NCBI GenBank assembly: GCA_050123435.1
Contig: JASFHC010000001.1
Span: 1-27,143, forward strand
From: Desulfobacterales bacterium
GTDB lineage: Bacteria; Desulfobacterota; Desulfobacteria; Desulfobacterales; UBA11574
DNA length: 27,143 nucleotides
Direction: 5' to 3'
The notes below the pieces were generated by a model. That model ran no database searches. It was not told the origin of the DNA and was given only the letters and a program-made list of their open reading frames with translations. Each line of letters starts with the position of its first letter. Positions within the stretch are counted from its first letter, which is position 1. The translations under genes were made by a program, and so were the position numbers. Positions 27,023 to 27,143 of the stretch are shown here, piece by piece.

Positions 27023-27064
27023 TGAACGTCGAACATCGAACGTCCAACATCGAATGTTGAATGA
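27023..27064. repeat. Six-unit 7-mer tandem array
   Basis: TGAACGT/CGAACAT/CGAACGT/CCAACAT/CGAATGT/TGAATGA. Confidence 0.8.
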
Positions 27065-27143
27065 AGGACAAAAACAAGGGCAAGCATTTAATTATAGATA
27101 CAAAGTGCAGGATATTGGATTTTTGGAAATAAGTAAAATTAAA

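Noticed and set aside
20810-27064. Periodic repeats as a CRISPR array
   Set aside because: The units are 7-8 nt and contiguous, with no 23-47-nt repeats separated by unique spacers and no cas genes.
27022-27132. Tiny ORFs MNVEHRTSNIEC and MKDKNKGKHLIIDTKCRILDFWK
   Set aside because: The first is a translation of the heptamer repeat. The second is 23 aa with no supporting evidence.

Overview
This is a dense core-genome segment of about 27 kb. Gene order and protein style suggest a Desulfobacterota (Desulfobacterales-like) bacterium, which is an inference from recalled synteny, not from a search. Minus strand: rne (short RNase E), a membrane-anchored hypothetical protein, yajC and secD, with secF probably just outside the window. 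Plus strand: leuS-lptE, then rpsT (convergent). These are followed by murJ-ftsB-hypothetical-coaBC-udg, nfeD-SPFH (slipin), a Rho_N-like small protein-xerC-hslV-hslU, argB-argD-argF-argG-argH, an LptM/YifL-like lipoprotein, lysA and dapF. I see no rRNA, tRNA, CRISPR array, prophage or transposase gene, and no clear new multi-gene system among the proteins. The most unusual signal is non-coding: many spacers carry small structured repeats. These include a 174-bp MITE-like inverted-repeat element, inverted 7-mer arrays, 8-mer arrays, a 4-copy ~26-nt motif, and GC-rich hairpin inserts with shared ends nested inside other repeats. Several start at or within a few bases of stop codons. Other points of interest are a split-LysM-like protein, a scaffold-less RNase E with a 5' hairpin, and a Rho_N-like basic protein with a structured leader. 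All alignments were done by eye.
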